Source: Magallana gigas
Lineage: Eukaryota
Direction of reading: 5' to 3'
NCBI RefSeq assembly: GCF_963853765.1
Contig: NC_088861.1
Location: 19,778,001-19,842,000, forward strand
Length of the DNA stretch: 64,000 nucleotides
Below the pieces are notes generated by a model. It made no database searches. It worked only from the letters and a program-made list of their open reading frames with translations, and had not been told where the DNA came from. Of this stretch, positions 12,497 to 24,806 are shown piece after piece. Each line of letters begins with the position of its first letter. The first letter of the stretch is position 1. The translations under genes were made by a program, and so were the position numbers.

Positions 12497-12709
12497 AATT
12501 TACTGTTTCAGCATCGTAGTGGAAAGACAATCCCTCATTAATGCCATGGTGTGGGTGGTGAGTTGTTGTAGAAACTGTCTAAATTTTTATGAAAAAAATC
12601 CATTTAAATAATTGATAACGTGAACCCAGAACGAGAATCATCATGATTAAAGAAATGTTAGACTTACCGTTTGAACAATACTAACTAGGACAAGCAATAT
12701 TGACAACAT
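10741..12709 (-). CDS. Small secreted histidine-rich protein, 114 aa, 4 coding exons (uncharacterised)
   Basis: join(12668-12709,12504-12578,11542-11643,10741-10866) = 345 nt, all phase 0. Donors GTAAGT, GTAAAT, GTAAAA. Protein MLSILLVLVSIVQTTVSTTTHHPHHGINEGLSFHYDAETHIMALKTHGHCYLYVLTAHQQHSVHTSMGLHAIEKTMIDLVDSHGSFVHFSAQELSLLSHGLGHFCAHATVLRIN. Hydrophobic N-terminus; AATAAA at 10687-10692 about 50 nt after the stop. Confidence 0.8.
10968..11328. mobile_element. Hairpin-terminal interspersed repeat (139-bp palindrome 10968-11106 plus tail); Crypton-like assignment tentative; in intron 3 of the His-rich gene
   Basis: Near-perfect inverted repeat aaatagtgcctgtttgggagg...cctcccaaacaggcactattt with GCGAAGC at the apex, followed by a CpG-rich tail. 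The tail boundary is approximate. Confidence 0.7.
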
Positions 12710-14091
12710 TTTCTGGTTACGTGTTTCAGGACAGGTTTTCTGTCTTATCAGTCAAGCATATGCCAAGATAAACCTTTGACCATTGTTCCTACATATTCCT
12801 TTCAGACACTAGCTTGATTTAGGTATTAAAAATGTTTGATTGTTGTAATTGAGAATGGTACATTAATTAATATATTATTACTTTTGTTTTATAACTTTGC
12901 GTCAAAAAAAACCCCAACATTTGATGATTGGCAGCAATATGAGCGGTCGTCGGCATGAGGCGGTGACATACTGGGCAAAAGGGCGAGCCTTGTGGCCACA
13001 CAAGCATCTAATTAGAAGTGCAAGTGATTGTTATTAGCCTCTGTTGCATTTTAAATCTAATTTTCGTTCAATAATAAAGTGGACACTTGACATTTTCCCA
13101 TTTTTGTGTTTGCACCCATTACTTATCTTAATATAATGAACCGAGTCTGTGTCTGTACATTGGCTGATTGTCCCATTGATCAACATGAACAATTCATTCA
13201 TGCAACCCGTGCATACATTGATTCGCCGCGTATAAAAAAATCGAATTAAATGAGATAATTCATAATTTTAAAAAAAGAGAGAAGAAAATCGTAAGATATG
13301 GCAGACATTCTGTGCTTAATAACAAGTATTTTGTCGAAAATATTTAGACAGAGTTTATTTACACCTTTGCTTACATTTATATTCCTAACTAATTTACACC
13401 ATTGCTTAGATACTCACCACTCTAACTACTTGTTTGTTTGTTGTTGTTGTTTTTTTTTTGTTTACAGCGAACTAACACCAATGCCAAGAAATATAAACTG
13501 ACAAGCTTGCTTGCTCCCATGCAACATAGATACACCCACTTACATACAACCATATACATGTACATACAACCATAATCTTATACCTTAATTTGGTTTACAA
13601 GTTTAGCTTACTAATACAATTCTAACATAATATACTTGTTAAGCTCAATCTAATCAAAACTAGACATGTAAAAGTTCGCTATCGCAGACGAGCAGTTTTA
13701 ACAGTCTAATTTTAATTATATTGGTAACAGCTTAAATTTACTTGCATCCATTTCTACAACCATGTACCACTTGCATAATTGTGAACATGTTGCATCTACG
13801 TAATCAAAAACTTAAAATAGGACTGATATCTTGTTTTGGATCGCGTCTTTGGCGCAAGTAACGTTTGTTAATCAATGGTATCAAATGTCATCTATATTTC
13901 TCGCTATTTTTAATCACATTTTTGTCTTCAAATTTTTTTTATATACGTGTACCAAGTAAAATTCCCATGTCACGGAGTCTGTGAATATTCACGCCTGTTT
14001 TATGTAACCGAACTTCACTTTTAATCTGTTTTGATATTAAACGCCGTATGTTGCAACTACCTGCAACTGAACAGATCAGAAATAAACATCA

Positions 14092-14778
14092 TTTTTGGGA
14101 GTTGATTTTTAATCAACTCTCCTATGCAGTCACTCTGGCAAACCGAAACTGAAACAGTGTTTGGACCTAAGCATAAATCATCACCGCTGACAAGATTTAG
14201 TTCTTGAAAATAATCCATAAATTCGATGTAATGTATCTTGAAGCATTGTGTTTTAAGAAATTTATTTATGAACACCTTGAAAATAGTCAGATGTTAAATA
14301 GTACGAACAATTTAGATATTTTTTGCAGTCGTATGTAATCATACGCCAGAGTTCAATATAGTCTCGTTCAACAATCGGCTGTCTCCGTAAACCTCCGACA
14401 AGCAGAGAGTCATTCTATTTTTAGAGGTTGCGTCATCAAGCTATCACGTGACCTGGTGTACACATTCTCTTGCTTGTGGGAGAGCCGAGCATCTGGTTGA
14501 ACGAGACTAGAGTTCATTATTACTTGGATCCATACAATTTTTGGAATATTTCGATTACTAATACATAGTTTGATGGAATCAATTCTATCTTTAATTATTA
14601 CACAACGCAATTCATACGGGGTTTTCTCGAAATTCTTGTCGGAAAAGTCCAAGAATTCATATTATAAAAATTTGCGTAACTCAAACACAGGTTATAAATT
14701 ACTTGCCAAGCAAAGTAACATATTGTTATAATCGACATACTAGTAATCAACTCCCGTCAGTACTTCAGTACTTTGATT
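14092..14778 (+). mobile_element. Helentron-type non-autonomous element (HINE-like), family H1 copy 1
   Basis: 5' T-run + gggagttgatt + adjacent inverted copy aatcaactctcc. 3' aatcaactccc + hairpin agtact-tc-agtact + tt. Homologous to 15010-15670 and 18541-19186 with unrelated flanks. Confidence 0.65.
14359..14509. mobile_element. MITE with TAG...CTA termini and 10-bp target-site duplication, nested in H1 copy 1
   Basis: TIR tagtctcgttcaac / gttgaacgagacta. Flanks gagttcaata (14349-14358) and gagttcatta (14510-14519). Confidence 0.8.
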
Positions 14779-15009
14779 AATGTTAACGCTGATTTGAAAA
14801 ACCAAATGGGGATCAAATGTTAATTTCCGACAATGCTTCACTCTGATAAAATAGCATCTCAGCAAGCTACATGTGAGAAGTATTCTTATTAATATTAGTA
14901 TTAATAATTAGTAATTTTTTTATTAAATATTTTTATTAAATATTATTAATAATTAGTATTAATCAACCACAGCCATGAGATAATGGCCGTGAAGGTATGC
15001 GACAATGCA

Positions 15010-15670
15010 TTTTTGGGAATTGATTTCAATCAACTTTCTTTCCTATGCAGTTACCCTGGCAAACCGGAAGTATAGCTGTGTTTGGACCTTAGCACAAATA
15101 ATCACCGCCGACAAGACTTACAAGTAACACTTGAAAACAATCGATACATGTAAATTCGATGGAATGTATTCAGAAGCATTAATATTGTTTTTCAAAGAAA
15201 CTTATTTATTAATATCTTGAAAAAGGTCTAATTTAGATAGTTACTTTAGTCGTATGTATTCCTACGCCAGAGTATTTCTACAGCGAAAGCGTTTGGAATC
15301 AAGTGCAAACTATACAATCAAAAGATTGAATCAGTACTGGCGTAAAATGGACTTTATTATTATTGTTCTGTTTAAGATTTGCTTGGATACACTTTTTCAG
15401 AAATATTTCGATTGCTGATACATAATGCATCGTAGGGTTTGATAGCGTTAATTCTGTCCTCAAATATTACACAACATGATTCATGTTTTTTTTTTGTCTG
15501 GTGCTCCGAATTCTTGTTGGAAAAGATCAAGAATTCATATTAGTAAATAATGTGTGTAAATATTCAAATAAGAAACTACTTGCCATGTGAAATTACACAT
15601 AGTTGATTTTGAAATAAAAAAAATAATATTCAATAAAATCAACTCTCGCCAATACCTCGGTACCTTGATT
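15010..15670 (+). mobile_element. HINE-like family H1 copy 2 (no TAG-MITE; different ~120-bp insert at the same site)
   Basis: Colinear with copies 1 and 3 but more diverged. 3' end aatcaactctc...tacc-tc-ggta. Confidence 0.6.
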
Positions 15671-16041
15671 TTTTCGGTGTTCGAATTTCACAAAATTACT
15701 TGTGTAATTATATATGTATGAATATGTTTCATTGGAAAGATCAATAAATCCATTGATATACAGTACATAAAAATTAATGTAACACATTTTCTCTAATGTT
15801 TATTGATGATTTCAACACATGGTATCTGAGAAACAGAATTGTCATCAAAATCCTGAAATTCTTGTCATCGATATTCCACAAATTTGTCAAGTAGCAGTCC
15901 TAAAATCTACAAAATACATTAAATAAAAATATTAGAGTCCCTCGAGCACTTATCAAATTATACTAGGCAACCTTATCTGAGTGCATATGTCGAAAAATAA
16001 TAAACTTTTTGGACGATACTTAAAACTTTTAGTTGAATTAA

Positions 16042-16348
16042 GGTGGTATGGTACATCATATGGTGACAAACTTCCTATCAAAATAAACAATAAAATCCAG
16101 TTTAATAGTACAATATTTTTCTTTTCCAATATTGTTACCTTTCGGCGTAGGGCATTGAGTTAGAGCGAATCTGTAGGTCATAAGTTCGAATACCGCAGGG
16201 GCTTTCATAATTTTTACCTTTCCAAATATTTTTAAAATATTTTTTTTTTGGTCAAATTTTGTTACATTTGCAAATTTTAGACCGACGAAAGCCTTCGGTT
16301 ATAATGTACTTTTATCCACATTAATATCGACAGGTCTCCCATACAGCC
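16042..16348. mobile_element. TTAA-flanked MITE family K2 with internal tRNA-like module (16143-16203)
   Basis: ttaa|ggtggtatgg ... cccatacagcc|tttaa. Internal B-box-like aagttcgaatacc. Homologous to 41116-41442. Confidence 0.75.
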
Positions 16349-16608
16349 TTTAAAAACACATCAGTGGCGGTGTCTCTACGGCTTTATATTACAATGTACC
16401 TTCAGATAGGTACCAATAATGACATTATGACATTGTTGAAAGTCTACACATTAGTCAATAAGAAACAATAAAATTTTGACAAATGAATCACAATTTTCTT
16501 TTCAAGATACATGTATCTAACGTACACCAAACTTATTTTCTGAAATTAAGTATTCACTTTAAAGAAAACATTTATTTTAACTGACAAGAATTACGCATTC
16601 TGTCTTAC

Positions 16609-19600
16609 CGCCGAAGCTTGTGAATGGGACCATCTTTTGGGAGGTAGAATCGCACTTTTTTTCCTCTGAAATAAAAATCTATTGATACGAAGAAAACGTA
16701 AACAGTAAAGACGAGCGAATCAACTTGAATAGTTTGAATTAAGACCTTTAAACTACTTGTAAAACTGTAATTATCAGTTTGTTATTATCTTTTTGATACA
16801 TTATTTTTTCCGCTAAAATTCATATTCAAATTCAAGTTCAATCTATTTATTTCATAAGATCCGAAAATATCCATGATCGTGATTTTTCATGAGAACGAAT
16901 GCGAAACCTTACACCGCCATTGTCTAGAATCGTGTCGCCACATATCGTAAAAAAAATCATGAAAATGAAAATGAAACTGATCTCACATGTCTGGACACTT
17001 ACTGATTTTTCTTGGAACCCGTCTCGTTTGCAAGGTCTGGAGCACAATATATCTTCCATTGGATCCTGCAGCTTTTCCTCTATATACTTTAGGTGCGTGT
17101 AAATTTCATGTATCTGGAAAACCAAACACTTTTTGATTGCACAATAAAACCTGAATTGTACGTTACATCAAAAAAAGAGAATTTTCTCCCTCGTTTTCAA
17201 TTTAAGTCTATTTTTCCCTCTTATAAAAAAAAACAAAAAACATTTTAACTAGACCTTGGACTTTCGGTAGGATGCAACTGTCCTTTTCTTGCGTTAAAAC
17301 AGACTGCGTAGTCTTAGCTCAAAGGCCAGCCAATTTTGTTGATTTCAAAGACCCATGGCTGAGTAGCCAGCAATGAAATACTAGTAGACTACGTCACATT
17401 GCTGTTTGACACAACTACCCAAAGTCTAAGCTCTTTTTGACAAATTTATTCAGAATGTTATCATTGTATTCACTGTTTGAGTATAAATGCAAACGGCAAA
17501 TATCCTAACATGTGTTATTGAACCAAAACCAAAAAAAAAAAACAACAACAACAAAACGAAAAACAAAAAACAATTTCCCCCAAAAAAGGAAAAAATAGGA
17601 AGTAACTAGTAAGAAGCCTAGTCTTTAGCTAGAGTAAAATATATATTTTTTCATCTATATTGTTTAAAAAACCCTTGAATATCAAATATTTACTGTGCGA
17701 AGCTTTGGAAACCAAAAAATATCCCATATAGCATATACCAGTGCCCTTGCCCCTTGGTATATGTTACATGTAGAAATACCGTACATTTCTTCATATTCTA
17801 TACCTTGGTCTAGAAACCAATACAACACTAAAAATTTGTTGTAGTGTTGGTAATCGAGGTTCAGTACTTGGTATTAGCCGAAGTAAAAAAAAAAATTAGA
17901 AATTGCAAAAATTAATATCAGTTTTCTGCTTTAGAAGCCAAATAAAAAGGTTATGCCTACTTTTATAAACTATTAAATAGGCAAACCAGCCTGAAAGTTT
18001 GTTTTGTTGTCAATTTTCCGATTTTAAAAAAAACTTGAAGGAGAAACTATAAAATGTTACAATGAGAACCGTTGAAGTTATTGAGATACGATTTTTTCTT
18101 CGATTCTACACGAAAATACCCCAAATATCACCCCAGATAGGTGACGATCAAAACTTCACAACTCCATCAAATGAACATCTTCGCTCCCCATATGGGGAGA
18201 GAAGTGAAAGGAAAAGTTAACCCATGGCTAGCGAAGATGTCAAATGAATGGCTTTACAATGAATATTTTAATACAAGTGTTGATATGAAATGTGACGCCA
18301 GTTCCGATGGTTACAAAGCCAAGTAATAGGAAAAAAAATTTGATTCTTGTTTTCTTGTTTTCAGCTTGTTACCATTGAAGCAGTTCACAATTTTTCATTC
18401 TTAAAATGATCTATTTGCATTGCCCTATTACTTGGTACGAATGTTTTCCATTTATTTAGCTTTTTCATTTTAAACCAGATAACTCTGTGTCAGACTGCCA
18501 GTGCACGGTGGTATTTTTGCACCGGTCTAAGCAGCATTGATTTTTGGGAGTTGATTTTAATCAACTCTCCTATGCAGTTACTCTGGCAAACCGAAAGTGA
18601 AACAGTGGTTGGACCTAAGCACAAATCATCACCACTGACAACACGTAGATCTTGAAAATAATAGATAAATTCGGTGTACTGTATGCTGTACCATTGTTTT
18701 TAAAAGAAACGTATTTATAAATACCTTGCAAATAGTCAGATTTTATATAGTACGAACAATTTAATTGTTTTTTGTAGTTGCATGTATTCCTACGCCAGAG
18801 TTAAATAGAGTCTCGTTCAACCAGACGCTCGGCTGTCTCCGTAAATCTCCGACAAGCAGAGAGTCTCTCTTGGTTGTCTGATATTAACGGAGACAGCCGA
18901 GCGTCTGGTTGAACGAGACTAGAGTTCAATATTGCTTGGATCCAGACGTGTACAATTTTTAGAAACATTTCGATTACTGATAAACAGTTTGATGGAATTA
19001 ATTTTATCTTTAAATATTACACAACATGTTTCATACGTTGTTTTTTTTCGAAATTCATATTATAAAAATGTGCGAAATTCAAATACAGATTAGAAACTAC
19101 TTGCCAGGCAAAATAACATATCGTTAATTTTAAAATTGATAATAATCAATAAAATCAACTCCCAACAGTAATTCAGTACTTTGATTACATATTAAAATGG
19201 ATCATAAATGCCATCAAATTAAAGATCTTCAAAGAGCTGGACACAACTCCCCAATAGATTGATTATCTTGCTTAAAGGGAATCATCCATCTTTTAAAAGT
19301 AAACAATCAATCCTTTAATTTTGAATTTTGAAGCATTTTATTCTCGTTGAACAGAATATTATCCGGAAGATTATTTTCTCATTTTATTAATAGTTAGGGC
19401 CCACTTACTACGTATATGTTTTAATCTTTGACATTCATTATATAGCTTCGTTTCACTAAAATCCATTAGCAAAGATTTCTTACGGAAGCCTCGATAATTG
19501 ATAACTGATTATTCTGTACACTTGTTTGCTCGAACATAGAAGATAGAATTATTCATTCAAGTTTTGTTTTATTATATATCGAAATATAGTGCAAAGATTT

Positions 19601-21266
19601 TCTCTTATCATTTTTTAATTGTGCATTGATACCACTCAAAAATATTGATTTTCTAAAGATGTTCAAAATGTTAACACCTATAGGAAGTTTTAACTATTCG
19701 CTATATATATGACTATCTTTTGTAAATTCTAGTGGGTTCGGAGAGATTAAATTATTTAGATCATATCTCAGAGAAAACCATGCAAAATGATCCAGTGGCT
19801 AGGTTCTCCTATTGACTTCGAAAATTGTGAACAATATCTAGTAGCCTATATTTTCATTTGTAATTCATACAAATTATATTTGCTCTCATGATAAAGGTAC
19901 ATGTATAAGTTGCATGGGCCTGTTACTAAAAATAACCCTGATTACACTGTTTTAGTGATTTTGGAGAGGTAAAATAAGAATGCATGACTGAAATATATTC
20001 CCATACTGTATAGGTTTTAAAAAGGCACAGGTTAGTAGTTCTTAAACATAATATAGTCAATACAACTGATATTCCTTTAGGGTCATGAAATTGGCATTGT
20101 GCCCAATTAAAAATTCAATTTGGATTTCAATTTCTCCTGCATGGCCCAGCAATGTTATCTCAATGATCACAAATTCTGATTATTTCGTCGTAAAATGATA
20201 CTTTAAATTGGAAAATTTGCATTCGATGCAAAATAATTTCAACGAGGTAAAACCAATTTAGTTTCGTTTTGCAGTAGTGAAGGGCTTCTATAAAGATTAT
20301 ATCATAACGGTCAATTTTGTAAACTCTAAGTACTTTTCTTTGGCGGGATTTTAACCATATAATTGAGTTTTTGGTTTATCTGAAATATGTTAAGAGAATT
20401 ACTGTTTAGGATATTGTTTGTAGTAATGTAACAGTTCGAAATAAGTGCATTTGAAATCTTGCTTTGTATGCTTTCATTATGTCATAAAGCATTATTATTT
20501 GAAATTGAGATATTGTTTTTAACGCCACCTTAATCGATCAATTTCCAGAAAAAAGAAAATGTTTAGAATCTGAGGTGTTTAATTTGTTTTTGTTAAAGGT
20601 ACATGGTGACGCACAAACCCATGATTTAGCAAATTTTCAATTTTTTCAAGGTTTCCACATATTTTATAAATCATATGAAAAGATAAACTTTTAAAAAATT
20701 ACGGTGTTCGAAAGTAAATAAATCAAATTAAAAAGAGAAAAATAGAATTATGCGTTGGGCCAACACAAAAATTTTGAGTTTCCATTCCGCTTCATAGCCA
20801 CGCAAGCGCAGGGGAATGTAAATACTGCAGCGTGGCATTCATCATGAGCCAAAAACTCTCATAAAAACACGATGTCTTCAAGAACTATATATCCATTATG
20901 ATACATTCTCTATTAATGCATATTTCTTACCACAGACATCGAATAGCTTCGGATTCAAATTCTTTTTTCAGTGTGTCAATCCCATTGTAACTATATGTAG
21001 ATAGAAATCGCAATCACGTGACACTAAACCAATGTCCAAGACAACTCGGTTTGTTTACATGTGAAATTTGCGGATGAGATTTAATGACCTGTAAATTGAT
21101 AGGTGGAGACTTATGATGTGTGAAACCTTCCGTATGATGAAATTTTAGAGTAGCTCTTTTTATTTCCGTTGTCATAATCAAAAAGTGAAACATCTATTTT
21201 GAGTCACCGTGCCACTTTAAAATTAGATCCCTGTTATCTCTCTGTCTGTCCGTCCGTCCGTCCATC

Positions 21267-21309
<43 letters not shown>

Positions 21310-24300
21310 AAGTCGTAATCCCTTAAACACGGTACCAAAAAAATACTTTTAAAGTAATCCGTACTGTTGACTGGGGCATACTGTAATTGCTACTGAGATT
21401 TGAAATAGATTGAAAACAGATCCAGCAGTGGTGGGTTGTTAACCGCCATTCCGATCCCTGAAATATATACAATTTCATGAATTGTTACCGTTTTGGAGCA
21501 TTAGAAGTTTTAGTGTCACTTTTTTAAAAGCATTGTTGGTATCCTTTTACTAATAAAGGGTAAAAGCATGCTTGTCTGCGATTGTGCATGGACGCTAAAT
21601 TACATTAGTGAGCAATGAGTTTGGTTTTTTTTAGATTCTCTTTCAAAGAAACCACAAAAAATATAGTAATGATTCAGAGATCAAAAACCTACGCTGAAAC
21701 AAAGCGCCCTTTTACATTTTCAAAAAAAAAATAAAAAAAAATAAATAAATAAAAAAACAATTTTTTCAATGGCTTTCGGAAAGTGATGGACACATTTTTT
21801 CACAGCAAAAGTTATAAGCATGAATATAGCCGATAATTTAAAAGCCTAAAAACGAGAGAAACATCTGATCATTTAAACGAGATCTTTACTTCTGAGCTAT
21901 TGTAATTTCTTTTCTCTATCTATCGTAAATAGTAAAAATACAACACATTTGTAAAACATTTTATTTAACACTATTCCACGATATGACTGCTTACACACCA
22001 TTTGCAATAATATTGTAATAATTCAATAATTCTAATGTAAAGTACCACAAGAGAAAAGAAGTTAAAAGACTGCTGTGATGTCATTCCTTTGTTCCAGCAG
22101 TGTAAAATTTTACATGTGACAGTCCGATATTAGTGAGCTTCTTAATATCAGACCGTTACCAGTGGTTACAGTACTGATATCATTTAAGGTACCTCACTAC
22201 ACCTACACTTATACTTTTTGAGACACTGCGTCTCAAGATGGCGATTTAAATGTTTTGTTAAACTGTTTATATCGTTCGATTGAAAATGTAATTTTTCATC
22301 CAAAATTGCACATCTTTTTTGCCTATTAGACCTTTATACTTCTTATTCATTATGATATCTTTTATAATCAAGTAATTTTCTGCTGATTTGAGAAAATATT
22401 TCTCGGTGCAGTGAGCCACCTTTAATTTTTAAGTACGATATATCCCGAAAAGAGTTCTGTATGAACGGGCCTCGAAACTGTCAGATATTTTTTCATACAG
22501 AACTGTTTTCGGCATGTATCCTGAACTAATCTCGATTAAAATTAAACATTAATAAAAAATGGGGAATAAATTGTATTTTGAAAAACAAAATAATGACCAA
22601 ATATTGTCGAATTCATATGTCAGATAGGTACAACTATTGGGGAACGGGGATATGTATTCCAATTCAACACATCAGAGAAATCTTTATATTTTGAATCTAT
22701 TTTTTTCCACTTAAAATATAAAAGCATACCTTCAGATTATTTATGTCGTATCTTCTGATGACTATAAAAAATTACATACGGGGTGGATGCATTTTTTAAA
22801 ACCATATTCGATATATGATCATGAATGAAGTATTGTGTAAAATAGAAATATATATTCTGATGAATATAAAGAGACATGATTTAAGAAATTATTTTCAAAG
22901 CAAGATATAATTTATATTAGATATTAATAGCATCTGCTGGATTTGGAAATAGACACAATGAAGGTTAAAAAAAAAAGGTTAAGAGAATGTTTTTCTTGAT
23001 AATGCATATCAAAACTTTTATTATGATACAATCTGTAGGGAAAAGTTTGAAAATACAGTATTTACATTAACCAAGTATGATTCCCTCTACTTCTTACGGA
23101 AGTTTATAGTCAATTCATAGCTCCATAAAAACAGCTAAACTGAAATCTACACGCCCCGTTTATCGATTTGTTGTAACCTACAGCGACCCAAGAAAAATCA
23201 CGGACTGCACGAAATAATCATGATGATGTCAGACTCAAAGTCTCACAGGAGACGATTTGGTTGTTTCTATTTTTAGCTAACGTACTCATGTTCATAAACA
23301 GTGATTTAGTAAATTTTAATTACTTATTACAATCAATTTATTAATTAGTTAAAAGAAAGATGTAAATATAAACGTCAATAAAATGCTTTTTTTGATGATC
23401 CATTCGGGTTATGAAAGTAGTGATCATTGCAGAAAAAATTACATAACCCGCGTTAGCGGGTTATGAATTTTTTCTGCAATGTCGCTACTTTCATATCCCG
23501 AAAGAATCACCAAACAAAAGCATTTTATTGTTGAAGAAAACCGAAATGAGCCAAAATTGGATTCATAAGTAAGCAAGTTTATTTTTGCTAAATTGGTATG
23601 TGTAATTGTAACTTGTTATATGTGAATACCATTTTCTCATTTGAAGGGGCCTAGTCACGATTTTGGTCAAAAAATTTTCTCTGAATTTAATGTTTAAAAT
23701 GCTTTAGTGATGCATGTTTAATAGTCAACAAAAATTTGAATGTTTGTCATCGTGTTATAAGCGAGATACAAAACTAACAATTCTTTGTCATGTAAACAAA
23801 GCTACGTCATGTTTTTGTTAACGTTTTGAATGTTGAGGTTAAAATTTCAGTTTTAAACCCCAAATGAATATGATTAAACGCTAGGAACTATTTATTCATG
23901 TTTGAAACAAATTAAAAATAGAGAGAAATTAGCTTGAAAAAGAACTTTTATCGATATATTGAATAAAGTAAACAAAAACATGGCACCGGCTTTGTTTACA
24001 TGACAGAAAATTGTGAGCCCTGTCCTTACAACTGATGCTTAGATTTTGGTTGATCATTAGAAATGCACTTCCAAAGCATAATAGACAATAAAAGTAGTAA
24101 AATTTGACCAAAATCGTGACAATGCCCCTGGCCTGTATATGTGGTGTCTTCCCACTTAGCCAACATTTTGAAAAAAATAAAGGTAAAATACAGGGAGATC
24201 TGTGTTGGCTAAATGGAAAAGGGGTGTAGGTTGAGAACAAAAGAATTTAGTTACAGGTAAGCTATAGTCTGTTTTCACATTAACAGGGAGGAAAAAATAT

Positions 24301-24806
24301 GTTCGCCTTCAGGAGAATGAATATCAGAGAATTTCAGAATGTTGCCTAAGTGGGAATAAACCGTATTTGTAATTGGGTCATGTGTTTGGTTATTAAAACT
24401 TATTGTAAATGATTGCAGCGTTTTTCTCAAATCGTAAAAGGTAATTTGTAGATAAAATGAAGAGATACAATTAAAGTTTACCAAGAAGTATCGACATTGT
24501 TGCTACAGAGGACAGTAACAAAACAAAAAGAAGTCGCGTTGAAACAAAAAGACGGTCAGAAAAATCGAAAGGTTTTTTATTCCTTTTCAAAGAAAACAAA
24601 ATTTACGTTACCTTCACAGGCACTTGTTTCTATAGTAAAAGTTCACCCTTATTGTAGTGTGTCACAGAAACAAGTACTTGTGGTTACCATGCAAAAGACG
24701 ACAGTTCCCAGGCTCTCCCCCACCAGGTGGGCCTTCTGTAGGTGGATGCTGCGGTAGAAGTCAGGCCGGTCCGGCAGCGAGTGGTTCACGTAGGACTTAG
24801 AGGTAT
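16609..24806 (-). CDS. Candidate internal exons of an unidentified gene (partial model)
   Basis: 24688-24806 (TSKSYVNHSLPDRPDFYRSIHLQKAHLVGESLGTVVFCM, GC-rich), 21365-21457 (GSEWRLTTHHCWICFQSISNLSSNYSMPQST), 17003-17113 (IHEIYTHLKYIEEKLQDPMEDILCSRPCKRDGFQEKS) and 16609-16665 (RKKSAILPPKRWSHSQASA). Each has a pyrimidine-rich acceptor and GT donor (GTAACC, GTACGG, GTAAGT, GTAAGA) and they join in frame. No start or stop exon identified. Confidence 0.4.
17237..17445 (-). mobile_element. MITE, same family as 4130-4326, reverse orientation
   Basis: Reverse complement matches 'cttggactttgggtagttgtgtcaaacagcaatgtgacgtag'. Confidence 0.75.
18541..19186 (+). mobile_element. HINE-like family H1 copy 3
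   Basis: tttttgggagttgattttaatcaactctcc ... taaaatcaactcccaacagtaattcagtactttgatt. Carries the same nested MITE as copy 1. Confidence 0.65.
18808..18921. mobile_element. TAG...CTA MITE with 10-bp TSD nested in H1 copy 3
   Basis: Long TIR gtctcgttcaaccagacgctcggctgtctccgt / acggagacagccgagcgtctggttgaacgagac. Flanks gagttaaata / gagttcaata. Confidence 0.85.
20597..21216. mobile_element. TTAA-flanked non-autonomous DNA transposon (Kolobok-type)
   Basis: ttaa|aggtacatggtgac ... gtcaccgtgccact|ttaa (10/14 TIR match, TTAA on both sides). Confidence 0.65.
22188..22420. mobile_element. MITE family K1, inverted, internally deleted copy lacking the tRNA-like module
   Basis: ttaa|ggtacctcactacacc ... 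ggtgcagtgagccacc|tttaa. The deletion joins 'atatcgttcgattg' to 'aaaatgtaatttttcatcc'. Confidence 0.8.
22437..22518. repeat. Short hairpin repeat
   Basis: ccgaaaagagttctgtatgaa ... ttcatacagaactgttttcgg inverted arms. Confidence 0.55.
23069..23533. mobile_element. Hairpin-terminal interspersed repeat (palindrome 23376-23530)
   Basis: Arms caataaaatgc...cataacccgc-GTTA-gcgggttatg...gcattttattg. Body homologous to 54892-55396. Confidence 0.75.
23645..24129. mobile_element. Kolobok-type MITE
   Basis: TIR aggggcctagtcacgattttggtcaaa / tttgaccaaaatcgtgacaatgcccct. TTAA target site not preserved. Confidence 0.75.

Noticed and set aside
12867-13007. GC-rich segment with a minus-strand acceptor; frame 0 gives MLVWPQGSPFCPVCHRL..., a possible last exon of the 16.6-24.8 kb model
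   Set aside because: All three frames are open over the GC-rich part, the CxxC..H..H spacing is not a C2H2 finger, and it lies about 160 bp from the His-rich gene start. Cannot be resolved.
18141-18326. 61-aa plus-strand ORF and a hydrophobic minus-strand frame
   Set aside because: No splice support or recognisable motif.
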